Part shown: positions 37,621-49,789 of the stretch, piece after piece
Layout of the letters: the number at the start of each line of letters is the position of its first letter
Position numbering within the stretch: position 1 is the first letter of the stretch
The notes under the pieces: generated by a model
Told to the model about the DNA's origin: nothing
The model's database searches: none
What the model saw: the letters and a program-made list of their open reading frames with translations, nothing else
NCBI RefSeq assembly: GCF_018350175.1
Contig: NC_058369.1
Coordinates: 5,396,001-5,460,000, forward strand
Reading direction: 5' to 3'
DNA: 64,000 bases
Source of the DNA: Felis catus
Taxonomy: Eukaryota
Made by a program: the position numbers and the translations under genes

Positions 37621-38510
37621 TGTAATTGCCCGCTCCTATAAAACAAATTCACCTTCGGCAGTAATCCTGAAGTGAAAAAATGATAATAGGCAGGAAATAA
37701 ATGCAGATGGTGAAAAGTTCATTAGTGTCTGATATAAAAATGTTTTTACGTTGGGGCGCCTGGGTGGCTCAGTCCGTTGAGCGGTCAGTCGACTTCGGCT
37801 CAGGTCTTGATCTCACGGCTGGTGGGTTCGAGCCCGGCGTGGGGCTCTGTGCTGACAGCTCAGGGCCTGGAGCCTGCTTCGGATTCTGCGTCTCCCTTTC
37901 TCTGCCCCTCCCCCAGTCTGGCTCGCTCTCTCTCTCTCTCTCTCTCTCAAAAATAAATAAACGTTTAAGAAAAAAATTTTAATAAATAAAATAAAAATAT
38001 TTTACGTAACAAGTGTCCAGTCACTAAGTGAATTTTAATATCCACACGCCGTACAAGTTTGGCAGGCACCAAGTCGTAGCACTGATGTAACATTTTATTT
38101 TCTTGATTCATTCATTAGTGTTACAACAAGGAAGAATTTCTTGAAAAGAAGTTTTGTACACTTCACGCACCTTACAATTTTATTTGTCAACTACACCTCG
38201 ATAAAGCTGAAGAAGTAGAATTAAAGGAATACAAAGAATAACTTTCCATGTTTAAGATATTACTCAAACTCATCAGCACTATCGTTCACGTATGAAATAA
38301 TATTTACACTTGTCAATGAAAAATATCTCATGGTCTCCCACACTTTGCTGTTTTAATAAACACAAATATAATCTCCAAGTGGTCGCAGAAAAATACAAAA
38401 TAATAATATGAATAATAATATCATTATTAGTATATTAGTATATAATATATATCTTCATTAGTATTATATTATTATTATGTGCTGCCTGCATGATTGCTAA
38501 GCGTCCCACG
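37578..38510. mobile_element. AT-rich DNA-transposon fossil, Arthur1-like (hAT-Tip100)
   Basis: Abrupt GC-to-AT switch; start cagccgcgttcccggagcacgtgacccc...attttgtaa...cctataaaacaaattcacctt...taatcctgaagtgaaaaaatgataata resembles my recollection of the Arthur1 terminus. Confidence 0.5.
37753..37990 (+). mobile_element. SINEC_Fc-type SINE
   Basis: Full body; degenerate TSD ataaaaat..ttttacgt on both sides. Confidence 0.92.
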
Positions 38511-38512
38511 CT

Positions 38513-38793
38513 ATTCTTTTTTTTTCATTTTTATATTATTTTTTTTATTTTTTTATTTTTTATTTTTTTTAATTTACATCCAAATTAGTTAGCATATAGT
38601 GCAACAATGACTTCAGGAGTAGATTCCTTAATGCCCCTGACCCATTCAGCCCATCCCCCCTCCCGCAGCCCCTCCTGTAACCCTCAGTTTGTTCTCCGTA
38701 TTTATGAGTCTCTTCTGTTTTGTCCCCTTCCCTGTTTTTATATTATTTTTATTTCCCTTCCCTTGTGTTCATCTGTTCTGTGTCATAAAGTCC
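38513..38793 (-). mobile_element. Young, heavily 5'-truncated feliform L1 3' end
   Basis: T-rich tail then aatttacatccaaattagttagcatatagtgcaacaatg...ggagtagattcctta..., typical of a carnivore/feline L1 3' UTR. Confidence 0.75.
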
Positions 38794-39422
38794 TGAGCCA
38801 AGGAAGGGCTGTGGCCGCAAAGAGGAGATAGTGGCTGGGAGCTGGGGCTGCAGCCAATCACAGCCAAGGATGGGCAGGGCATGGTCAGAAGAGAAAGTCA
38901 GGGTCCTAGCTCTATTTCACCTGCCCTGATGGGTTCCATGCTGGAGTCCTGGAGAGTCCCCCACCTTGCCTCAGTTTCCCTACTCTACTCCAGCCCCCAC
39001 ATTTCACATCAAGTTGATTCCAGAGCAGAGACGTGGGGAAACCAGCCTCACCCTCCCAGGGGTCGCTTTTGGGTATTTATTCTCATTGATATCATCCCCC
39101 CCCCCCCACCAAGGCCCACCCTCTTTCCCAGCTTCCCTCCCTCATCGCCCTGCCCCGCGGAGGAATGAGGCAGCTCACACAAGACAGAAGTTGAATTTAT
39201 TTTTGGCATTGTGAGCGGTTGTCTGGGGACTCCTAGAGTCCTCTTCCTTCGGTGGCCAGAGGAAGAGCGTTCCTCAGTAGAAGGAACACCCCCTCAGCTC
39301 CAGAGGGACCCCAAAACACCAGGGTGGGACCAGGCTACACAGCCTGGGTGAGTCGAAGAGGACCCATCTACCCCAGATCTTCCTCCCCTCACATCCCTCC
39401 TGCCCCAGACAGAGAGGAGGGA

Positions 39423-39805
39423 TGTGAAGGGTAGTTTTGTGCCAACCTGGCTAGGCTAAAGCCCCCGGTTATTCAGTCCATCAAATGCTAATCTACGAGT
39501 TGCTGTGAAGGCATTTTGTAGCTGTGGTGCTACGCCTTCAATCTGCTGCCTTTAAGTAAAGCAGATTACCTTCACTATATGGGTGGGCCTCGTCGAATCA
39601 GTTGAAGACGTTAAGAGCCCAAATTGTGGTTTCCCAGAGAATAAGGAATTCTGCCTCAGGACTGCAGCGTCCACTCCTGCCTGAGTCTCCAGCCTGCCCT
39701 GCAAACGTCGGACTTGCCAGCCCCCACAATTGCTGCGGCCAATTGCTTAAAATAAATATCTTAATATATACACTATTGGTTCTATCTCCCTGGAGAGCCC
39801 TGACA
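39423..39805 (+). mobile_element. MLT2-type LTR
   Basis: gtaaagcagattaccttc...atgggtgggcctcgtcgaatcagttgaag; ends ggttctatctccctggagagccctgaca. Confidence 0.75.
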
Positions 39806-40395
39806 GGCCATCCCCCTTACTGCTGCCGAGCTTGGGGGAGGGGAGGAGTTGAGCTGGCCCCAGCCAAAGTGAAGTCCTGGGTGTTGAGGGGAGGCAGAGA
39901 AGGTTAAGCTGGGGCACGAGGGTCTCCATCCCCAGAGAGGCAGATCAGACACAGGTATTCTTGGCCCCCTGTCCGAGGGGACCCCCTTAGCCTCACCAGC
40001 CAAATTATACTGCTCCCCCCGTCAGGAAATCTGAACGATCCCCGCCCCCAGGGACAGCAGGACCAAGTAGAGTCGGGCCACAGCCCACACCCCGTAACCT
40101 GGCCATAATCAGGGCGTGAGCAAAGCACGGCCCGCAGGGAGTCAAACGCTCCAGTGGTGGCATGCCGGGGTACTGGGTGACAAAGGGAGTCTCGGGTGTG
40201 AGAGCACTGGATGTCAGCCTAGTGGGGAGTTCAGCCACGGCTATGTCAACTTAGCACAGGTGGAGCTTTTGACATGGATGGTGGGGCCACCCTATACTGA
40301 GGGTTGGCCGGTGAGGACTGGGGGACAGAACTCACCGGGTGTCAGGGCGACAGAGCACCGGGAGCCGGCTGCTGAGTGCTGGAGAAACGAAAAGA

Positions 40396-40548
40396 GGGGC
40401 GCCTGGGGGGCTCAGCCCGTTAAGCGTCCGACTCTTGATTTTGGCTCAGGTCAGGATCTCATGGTTCAAGGCTTCGAGCCCCGCATCGGGCTCTGTGCTG
40501 ACAGCGCTGAGCCCGCGTGGGATCCTCGGTCTCCCTCTCTCTCTGCTT

Positions 40549-40597
<49 letters not shown>

Positions 40598-40636
40598 ACA
40601 AATAAAGAAATAACCATTAAAAAAAAAAAAAAAAAA
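40396..40636 (+). mobile_element. Can-SINE
   Basis: Head, long (CT)n, poly(A). Confidence 0.92.
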
Positions 40637-41849
40637 GGAATACACACCAAGGGCCAGGTGCCGGTCTGCATCGTCCCATATCCAGTGGAAGGTTGGTGCG
40701 TGGGGCCAGTGGGAAAATGGCGATTAGAGAAACGGCTGTAGATACCCATGCACCGTGCGGGGTGCTGGAGGCAGGCCTCTCGGCTGTTGGGGGGAGCTGG
40801 GTGCTTTCTGATTGAGGCTGGTTAACAGACGCTGGAGATGGGACATACGGCCCAGCAGGGCATCCATGTGCCGGACCATTTATTTCGGTGTTTGGCTGTC
40901 AGCACCTTAGAGGACGGCCAGGATCTGGGACACGAAAGGGACCGAGTGTCGGGACGCCCACGTGTCACATGGCCGGATAGAGCACAGCAGCCGGTTTGGG
41001 TGAGCGCCTCGCCTACTGCCTGAAGGGGTGAGAGTTGGGGTTCCCCCAGCCCAGCGGTGGGGAGTCTGCGTGCCCGGGATGTTGGCGTCTTCAGAACTGG
41101 CCTGAGTATCGAGGCGTTGGCACTGGCTGACGGGAAAGCGAGAATCTCAAGGCTAGAAGATTCTCCTATGCCCTGAGAGTCTGGACCACGTGAGGGGATG
41201 CTGGCTTTGGTGTAAGCGTTGCAGGATCAACGTGTTGGATGCCAGCTACTGGGAGACAGATTGCAGATGCTGGCTCACAATGGTTCTGGAAGCGTCCGCA
41301 GACGGAGTGTGTCGGTCCGGGCCCACCGGGCAGTGCGCTGGGGAGTACAGACCTAAGAGAGCCCGAGGTGCGGAGCTGAGAAGGCCACACACTGGGTGAG
41401 GGCCTCTGGATGTGGCTGCATTGGCCAGAGTCATGCTGGGAAGCAGCTGACGGGGCACCAGGCATCGGGGAGAGCTGGCTTGGGCCTCTCCCCGCCCCAG
41501 GTCCGGCGGGGGACTCAGCGGGTCCCCTTCCCCGGCCCGTAGACCCAGCAGCCACTCGTAAGCGTGCCCGTCTGGGCCAGACCCCCTCACCTACCCTTCC
41601 CACCCAGCCCTTGCTTGCCTTGTAGGGCATCCAGCCATAAACGGAGGCCTCACGGATGGTGACTCGGTAACTCCAAATGTCACAAAGGCTGGAGAATGGG
41701 GGACTTTCCACGCACTCTGGTGCACACCAATATACCCCACTCTCTGGGGATGGGAGGGGCTGCTAGGATGGGACACAGGTGTAGTCAGCACGTCAGCACC
41801 CAGGGCCTTGGAGAGGCCAGAGTGACCTCGGCATTGCCTGGTTAACAAG

Positions 41850-42240
41850 CAGGATGCTTGCTAGGAGAGTAAGTCTTAAATGTTCTCCCCACAAGTAAGA
41901 AATGATAATTGGGAGGTGGGGGGCGCCTGGGTGGCTTAGTCTGTTGAGCATCTGACTCTTGCTTTCAGCTCAGGTCATGATCCCAGAGTCAGGAGATCGG
42001 GCCCCAAGTGGGGCTCCATGCTGGGTGGGAACCTGCTTAAGGTTCTCCCTGCCTGCACCACTCACACACTCTCTCGCTCTCAAAAAAAAAGATAATTATG
42101 TGAGGTGATGGAGGTAGGAGGGGGGAGCTAACACAATGGGGGTAATCACGGTAATTATCCTGCAATGTACAAGTGTATGAAATCATCTCATTGCACACCT
42201 TAAACTCACACAACATTATATGTCAATTATATCTCAAAAA
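41850..42240 (+). mobile_element. L1 3' end remnant with an inserted Can-SINE (41920-42090)
   Basis: cttaaatgttctccccaca ... acaccttaaactcacacaacattatatgtcaattatatctcaa; degenerate TSD gataatt..g.gaggt. Confidence 0.8.
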
Positions 42241-44994
42241 GAGATATCACTTGGGGAAAATAGAACGGGTACGGGTGAAACTCAGAGAAAAGCAAATGCA
42301 AATGCATCACAATCGCTGATGGGTTAAATACACTGAATCCTCCATCCAAACACAATTTTTGGTTTTTTTTTAGTAAAAACGTAATTTCTTACTCCCAGAA
42401 TCACCTATTTGCCTATCTGGGTGAAGAAATCTGGCTAAGCATTCCTGGGAAGCAGTGCCCGGGTCCCTTTTGGAGAAACGGATGACAAGGTCTCTGGGTA
42501 GCGCATCCGTGTTCACTCTGACCCACAAGATGCGATTCTTACGGTTAATTGCCACGACACAGCTTCAAACTCGGCTGTGATTCAGTCCAGAGCTTCACAG
42601 AACACCAATTTCAGGAACTTTCGTGAACAGTGACAACCCGGGAGGGACCACATTCTGATATCTAAACGATTTTATGTTGGTGTGAGATCTTTTCTGATAC
42701 TTCTCCTTCGGTTCGTCACGTGCCACAAAACAGACTGCGAAAGGGACACTGACGGTCATGACTTTGGCATTGAGTTAATTGTTGGCAGAGGTTACCTTTG
42801 ATGTAAAAAGAACAAAACTCAGTGCGCTGGCTATTGAAACACACTCTTTCCGGCTTGGAACCATTTGCACATCCAGAGGAGCGAGAGAAATCTGACCAAG
42901 GAATTATGAAAACCAAGTTGAAAGTTTTTTAAAAACCACCACATGCCATCCCAGACTGACACCTCTGTTTGCAGCCTCAGGGGGTCCCTGGCAACATCTC
43001 AAAGGTCACGTGACCTGGTTGGCTTCCCCGGCTCAGTGTCAGACACATCCATTCTTCGCTCACTCAGACCAGGAGCACTGGGGGACCCTCAGCTCCTCTC
43101 TCTACACCCCATAGCCAATCCCCCAGCAAACTCTAGAAGCTCCGGTTCAAAAGCTAGCCAGGATCAACCCACTTTCCCCCTCCTTAGCCCCACCTGGTCC
43201 ATCCTGTCATGCCCCACCTGGACCAGTCCTGGTCCCCAGTCCCACCCTGGCCCCCACAGTCCGTCCTCCCGGCAGCAGCCAGAGGGCGCCCATGAGCACC
43301 TGAGACAGGTCTGCAGCCTTCGGGGACTCCAAGTTTCCTCAGGGTAAAAGCCCAAATTCTACCCTCCACCCCTCCTCCCTCTTCCCACCTTCACTCACTC
43401 TGCTCCAGCCACGTGGACCTCCGCGTTGTTCCTCCAACTGCCAGGCCCAGTCCTGCCCCAGGGCCTTTGCATGGGCTGTTTCCCTGCCTGTACCAGCTAT
43501 CCCTCCCTCACATCCTTCAGGTCTCCTCAAAAGTCACCTCCGCAGAAAAGCCTCCTTTGACCCCTGAGCTAAATAACCACACCCCTTCTCTGATTCACAC
43601 TCTCCCCTTTCTATCCTGCTTTGTGTTAAATTCAGGGCCGTTATCACTGTCTCTATCACTTACTCATTTGTGTAGTGTCTGTCTCTGCCATTATAATGCC
43701 AGCCCTTGGAGGGAGGGGACGGCTCCTCTCTATGTATCCAGTGTCTACAACAAACCCACCTGCCTGGGGTCAGATACCAACTTCACCCCTGCCGGGCAGG
43801 TGGGAGCTAAACCAAGTTGCTTGCCCTCCCAGGGCCTCAGTTTTCTCATCTGTAAAGTGGAGATCATTACAGGCAATGAGCTCACACAGTGGTGGGCGTG
43901 GGCAGTGATTGGCATACAATAGGTGTTCGATATGTGCACGTCTATGCTGGGTGTCCTTCCCGATGCATCAGCCTCTATCTGAATGCGTGTGTGCACAGGC
44001 AGGCACGTGGCTCCACTCTTGTGTGTCTACCTGCGGGCAGGGCATGCACGCAGAGGGAAACTGAGTCCACCGCCACAGGCCAGGCCCAGCCCCCTGCTCC
44101 TCCCCATCCAGACCCAGTGCCCGGGGACCCCACTCCCGTCCTGGCACTGGCCCCACCACCCTCCACCTCCACCAGCTCGCCTGGTTCAGGAGTGGACCTT
44201 CCATCTGAGTTCGAGGTGTCCATCTATCTCTGAGGCTAAAGGTCATGGGCCAAAAGGGCCCCAGCTGGGGGGTGCCCCCCCTCCACGTTCTTGGGAGGAT
44301 TCCACAGGGACCGTGCTGGGAGAGCACCCTCTTCAGCTCCACCCCGGTCTCTGCTGGGGTCCGGATTCATCTCTCACCCGCCCAGCTCCATCCCCGAGCC
44401 CCCACCTCTGAGATGCCCACCTGGCCCGTGGGGACCACTGAGGACGGATGGGCCAGGCATCTGAGGGGAGCGGCCCTGGGGGAGGCGAAAGGGACAGTGA
44501 CCGGTATGGGGAACAGGGTCTCCCCCACCTGACCCCGGCCTTTACCAGCTGGGGGCAGGGGAGTCCGGGCAGGGACTCCTGGGCTCCTGTCCTCCCCCCA
44601 CAGCACGCCCCTCGCCCGGCGCTGGACAGATGAGGGAGCATCTAGCTTGGCCTCTGGGGACACAGTGTGTGCCAACCTGGCCCTGGCTGATGAGGTTCCC
44701 CCATAGATCAGGGGCAGCTCAGGCACGTCCTGCTGTTTCTGGGGGTGGCACAGGGAGGGAGGAGTTGTCACCCCTGCAGCCACCTGGACTCCTTCCTGTG
44801 GTGCCTCCTTCTAGGCCTCACTTTCCCAAGCACACCTGTGGGCTCCACACCCCAGAGCTTCATGGCCAAGCAGCGGGGACTGGGGAAGACAGGGCAGGCT
44901 CCACTCAACCTCCAGACCTCCAAGTAACAGGTGGAGGAGAGGAGGAGGGGACAGGGGACCGACACCATTCTTAGAGAAAGAGAGAGAGTCATTT

Positions 44995-45592
44995 CCGTAC
45001 TATCAGCTTCCTGGGACCGCCATGACAAATGACTACAAACTTTGTAGCTTAAATGACATGAATGTATTGCCTTACTATTCTCGAGGCCAGAGGTCCCTCT
45101 CGGAGGTCACCAGGCTAAAAAAGGTGTCCAGTCCTTTCTGGAGGCTCAAAGGAAGGATCTGTTTCCTTACTCATTAGGATTGTTGCCAGATTTCAGCTCC
45201 TTATGGTTGTAGGACTCGGGTTCTGTTTCCTTGCGGACCGTCAGCTGAGGGCTGTGCCCAGCTTCTAGAAACACCCGCGTTTCTAGAAGCCCTCAGCTCA
45301 TAGCCCCTTCCTCGGCTTCAAAGCCCCCACCCAGCAGGCCAAATCCCCGTCACCCTTCACCCTTCTTCTGTGTCACCTCTGTCCCAGCCAGGAAGGCTTC
45401 TCTGATTTTAAGGGCCCACGTGGTTGGATTGAGCCCACCCAGGCCATCCGGGATCACCTCCTCCTCTCAAAACGCCTAATTTGGATCACAAAGTACAGAA
45501 TTCCTTCCGCCGTGAACAGGGAGGGGAGCACACCCAAGGTTCCAGGGATTAGGACGCGCACGGTTTGGGGGCTTTTCGGCTGCCACACGCAC
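44995..45592 (-). mobile_element. MLT1-type (MaLR) solo LTR
   Basis: ctttctggaggctc, ggttgtaggact, ggattgagcccacccagg, aggttccagggattaggacg. Confidence 0.75.
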
Positions 45593-46974
45593 ATGGACAC
45601 CATACAGGCAGACCGGGGTCCGTGGCTAGCTCACAGGGCACCTCCATGCAAATTAGAACAAAGCACCCTGTCATTACAGGATGCTTCAAAGTGGTCGCCA
45701 TAGACCCGACCGAGAATGAGGCCCTTGACTGCCCTCTGCTGGAAGGTAGTCAAAATGAATGTCCAAATCCACCCAGTCTCTGAGGTGAAGGGAGCCCCTC
45801 AAAGATGGGGGGGAACCCCCTAGTGCAGAGAAAATCTGTGCCCTCACCCAAAACAGACACACACAGACCAACTCAGATGCACGCCTACTCCCTCACATCC
45901 CACAGCGAAACGTGTTGCCATCTCCCACCAAACAGGTTTTGTTCTGAGTCATGGGTGCGAGGGTTGAGTCCGGGGCTCAGTGAAGATTTCTCGCAGAGGA
46001 CCGGGGGAGTCTGTGGACTTTGTGGGCAGCTGACCACAGTCACTAAGGGGCGGCACTGAGGGTTACAGAGGGCTGGTGGACGGGGGGCAACAGGAAGTAG
46101 CCACTGGGATGGCATACAACTGGGTACCCTCACAGGTGTAAACCCTCGGACGGGGGCTTGGACCCTGCGTGTAAACATTCACTGCACTAATATTTACTGA
46201 GCGTTAGCCCCGTGCCAGGCGCTGTTCTAAGGCAGGTGGGAGACAAGACAGATCAGAGCCCACCTTGCCCGTGGGCCCTTCGTAAGCCAAGGAACAGAGA
46301 AATATCCTCAAGATTGCCATGGCAGGCGACAAGAGGTTGGCTGTGACCATCCCACCCATCCCTGGACCGCATGGTCCACTGAGAACGATGCAGGGGTAAA
46401 GACTATATAGAGTTCCCAGGCTAGCCCACAACAGTCTGTTCAACCCTTCAGGCAGGTGAAAGGTGGTAAGGTATGGAATGGGGGAGGGAAAGACGGCAGG
46501 AGGCAGGTGGATGAGGAAGAGAACCCCACAACAAAGACGTGCAAAGGGCCCCGACAGAGGAGGTCACTTTCCATAACTGGCCTGGAGGTTATAGTTTCTG
46601 CTTATAAGTTCTCCTCTTCGGAAAAGTAGAAACACCCATTAGGGTCAAAACTCTCTAAGTTGTAAGCTGGTAACTCACTACCCAGCCACTCACCAGCAAA
46701 CGTGTGTGGGACACTGAGAGGAAGACACAACAAAACAAAACAAACAAACAAACAAACAAAGACACCACATTTGGCAGCCTCTCCTCCAAGATACGGATTC
46801 TGATTCTCTAATTCCCGAAGCTGGGCTTGACCATGTGACCTGTTTTGGCCAATGAAACCTTAGGAAACACGCCGCCAGGGGGCGCCTGAGAGGCGCTTGC
46901 GCGCGACGCTTGCACTCTGCTTTTTCTGTAAGCTCTGCAACCACCGCGAGCTCAGCTCAGGTCCTGAGTCAGGA

Positions 46975-47150
46975 CCTGACTTCAGCTCAGGTCATGATCT
47001 CACAGTTGCTGAGTTCGAGACCCACAACGGGCTCTCTGCTGTCGGCACGGAGTAGCTTCAGATCCTCTGTCCCCCTTCTCTCTGCCCCTTCTCTGTTCAT
47101 GCTCTCTCTCTCTCTCTCTCTCAAAAATGAATAAACGTTTAAAAAAAAAA
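46975..47150 (+). mobile_element. 5'-truncated Can-SINE
   Basis: gacttcagctcaggtcatgatctc... (CT)n and tail. Confidence 0.8.
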
Positions 47151-48772
47151 CATTATTATCTCGATTTTGCAGATGGGGAAACTGAGGCACGGGGAGATTT
47201 GACTCTGTTGCTAGTAAGGGGTGGAGCCAGGGTTTGCATTCAGTTCTGACTCTGTGATTAATTGCTCCGTTGGCCTGACACCTAGCCCTTCACTAATGAT
47301 CTGTGTAATTCTGAGCAAGGTGCTACGGTCTTGTGATTATTTCCTCTCATATCAAATGAGAGAAGCAGTGTAAAATCAGAGGTTCTTAAACGGGTTTGGG
47401 CAACCATGATACCATACAACTGTCCAAAAAATTATCTGGGTAAATATATTGGGAGGGAGGGGAGGGTATTTGGGGGGGGGGGGGGACAGGCAGCGAGCAA
47501 GTCAGGTGGTCTGTAGGTTTGGTGAGATTCCCAAATGAGTCTTGATCCAGAAAAGATTAAGAAATACCAGACGATACGCCATGGAAGGCCCTTGCCAAGG
47601 TCAAGTTTCTATTCCAGCTGACCCCAAATGCTGCAATTACAGTTCTGCAGAAGCCAAACGAGCCTCCCAAGGATAGTCCTGGGTGCAATTCAGTCCACAT
47701 CACAGCAGCCCTGAATTGCGGCCAAGGTCAACATGACCCTGGTCTCAGTTCCAGGCTTGAGCAGAATGCATCTTTCTGACACACCCCACACCCCTGTCTT
47801 GGAACCTGACCAGTTCCGGGCTTTTCTCGCCTGTCGTGACCCGCCCAGGGAGGTTGCTCTCCACCCCTGCCCCACGTGAGGTTCCGTTGCTACAGCTTTG
47901 ACCGCCGAGCCCTGACTAGCCCTGAGAAGGCAGTTAATATTACAGGAACTGCCAGAAGAATCTACAGCAGATTTCTGTCTGAAGCAACCCTTGCCTCATT
48001 TTCCAGAAGTCTGGCTCATCACGGTAACGGTTTCTGAGCTGCATGTCTCCCCAGGGACGCGGTGCTGTCTTTCACAACTGCTCACCGCCAGCTCCCGCCG
48101 CCATCGGTTCTGTGCCCGCTCCTATCTCCCTCTGCCTCGACTTTCTGCAGCCAATCCTCGTCTTTCTACCTTGACATCAAGCCCACTTGACATCAAAAGC
48201 ACCTAGAGCTGCTCACAGCCATGGCCTCGGGTGTCCTGGGTGAGATTCCTCCTCATACAACAGCCCAGTGCACTTTAAGCCAGTGATAAACTCTGCCGGG
48301 TTGTCCAAGAAGCATGCAAAGTGTTCCTCTGGGCAGTGGAATTTTTGTCATCTTACGGAAGCTTGTCGCGGAGGCTCGGACAATATTAAAAAACCGTCAG
48401 GATGGCAGAATCTTAAGGAGAACACGGGGCCACGGGGTCCGTATGCAAAGATCACACACGGGTGGTCCGGAGAAATCAAGAAAACAGGGCTGTTTCCCCT
48501 ACAGGGTTGGCCCCAGATAGGTGAGTGAGAGCAAGGGTTCAGCGGGCAGGAACTCAGGCCAAGAAGGAACCATGGGAACAGAGGCCCTGGGAATTTGCAG
48601 ACATCTCGGGGAGGGCACTGGACTTCCCGCAGGTCGTGGGAGAGAGGCAGGCGCCAAATCTCCGAGGCCCGAGTGACCCCAGCTGACATCTGGATAACAT
48701 CTGTTATACAAAAGAGCCCGTCCAAGCCAGAAAGCAGTAACCCATCAGAGCTTTCAAACACCCAGCAGAGTT

Positions 48773-48819
<47 letters not shown>
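48773..48819. repeat. (TG)n microsatellite
   Basis: Directly visible. Confidence 0.97.
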
Positions 48820-48822
<3 letters not shown>

Positions 48823-49789
48823 AATAGCTTTAGAGAGATTCTTTCACAACAGCAAACTCACTAACAGCCACCCAGCTCAGCTGCGGTTCAGACACACCCT
48901 AGGACACACATGTCCACCACACATAATAATAACCTAATATTTAATGCACGCTTAGTATGCGCCCGGCACTGTATTATCGCTTTACACATATTAATTCACA
49001 TAATTCTTATAAGAAAGTTTTGGGGTAAATGCTGTCATCATCCACATGCAAGCCAGAGGAAGCTGCTTCAACACCCTTCCGTGGGGAAAGGCCAAGCCCC
49101 TCCCACAACCCACAAGGCCCTGCAGGACCTGCCCCTGTCCCCTCCCTGCCCTCACCTCCTCCCTTTCTTCCCCTGGCTCATTCTGCTCTAGCCCCACAGG
49201 CGTCCGCCCTGTTCCTCCAACAAGCCAAGCCTGATCCTGCCCCAGGACCTTTGCACAGGCTCTTTGCTCTGCCGGAGAGGCTCTTCCTCCACTGAAGCAA
49301 CTACACAGCTCACTCCTCACCCCCAAGAACTCTATCCACATATCACCTTCTCAGGAGGGCTTCTCAATCTAAAACTACAAGCCTCTCCCCATGTACACAC
49401 ACACAGCACTCACCACCATCCGGCACACCGTATACTCAATTCATTGTCTTTATTGTTGGCCTGGCCCACCAGAGCAGGGATCTGTGTCTGTTTTGCTCAC
49501 GGCTATGACCTCCAGGGCCCCGAGTGGTGCCTAGCACACCGCAGGTGCTCAGTAAATATTTGAGAGATGAATGAATCCACAATGAAAAAGGGTATCAAGG
49601 CAGGAAGAATCTGGGCCATGGCCCAAGGCCCCGGGTGTCTAAGTAGCAGAAGCCAGACTCCAACCCAGGCAGCCCAGCTCCTCAGTCTTACGAGCCCTAA
49701 ACACGTCCGTCTACACCTCCCACAAACGCACACAACGGCTAGCACACGTGAACTCTCACAAACACACAAAACCCCCTGCAGCCAGGACC

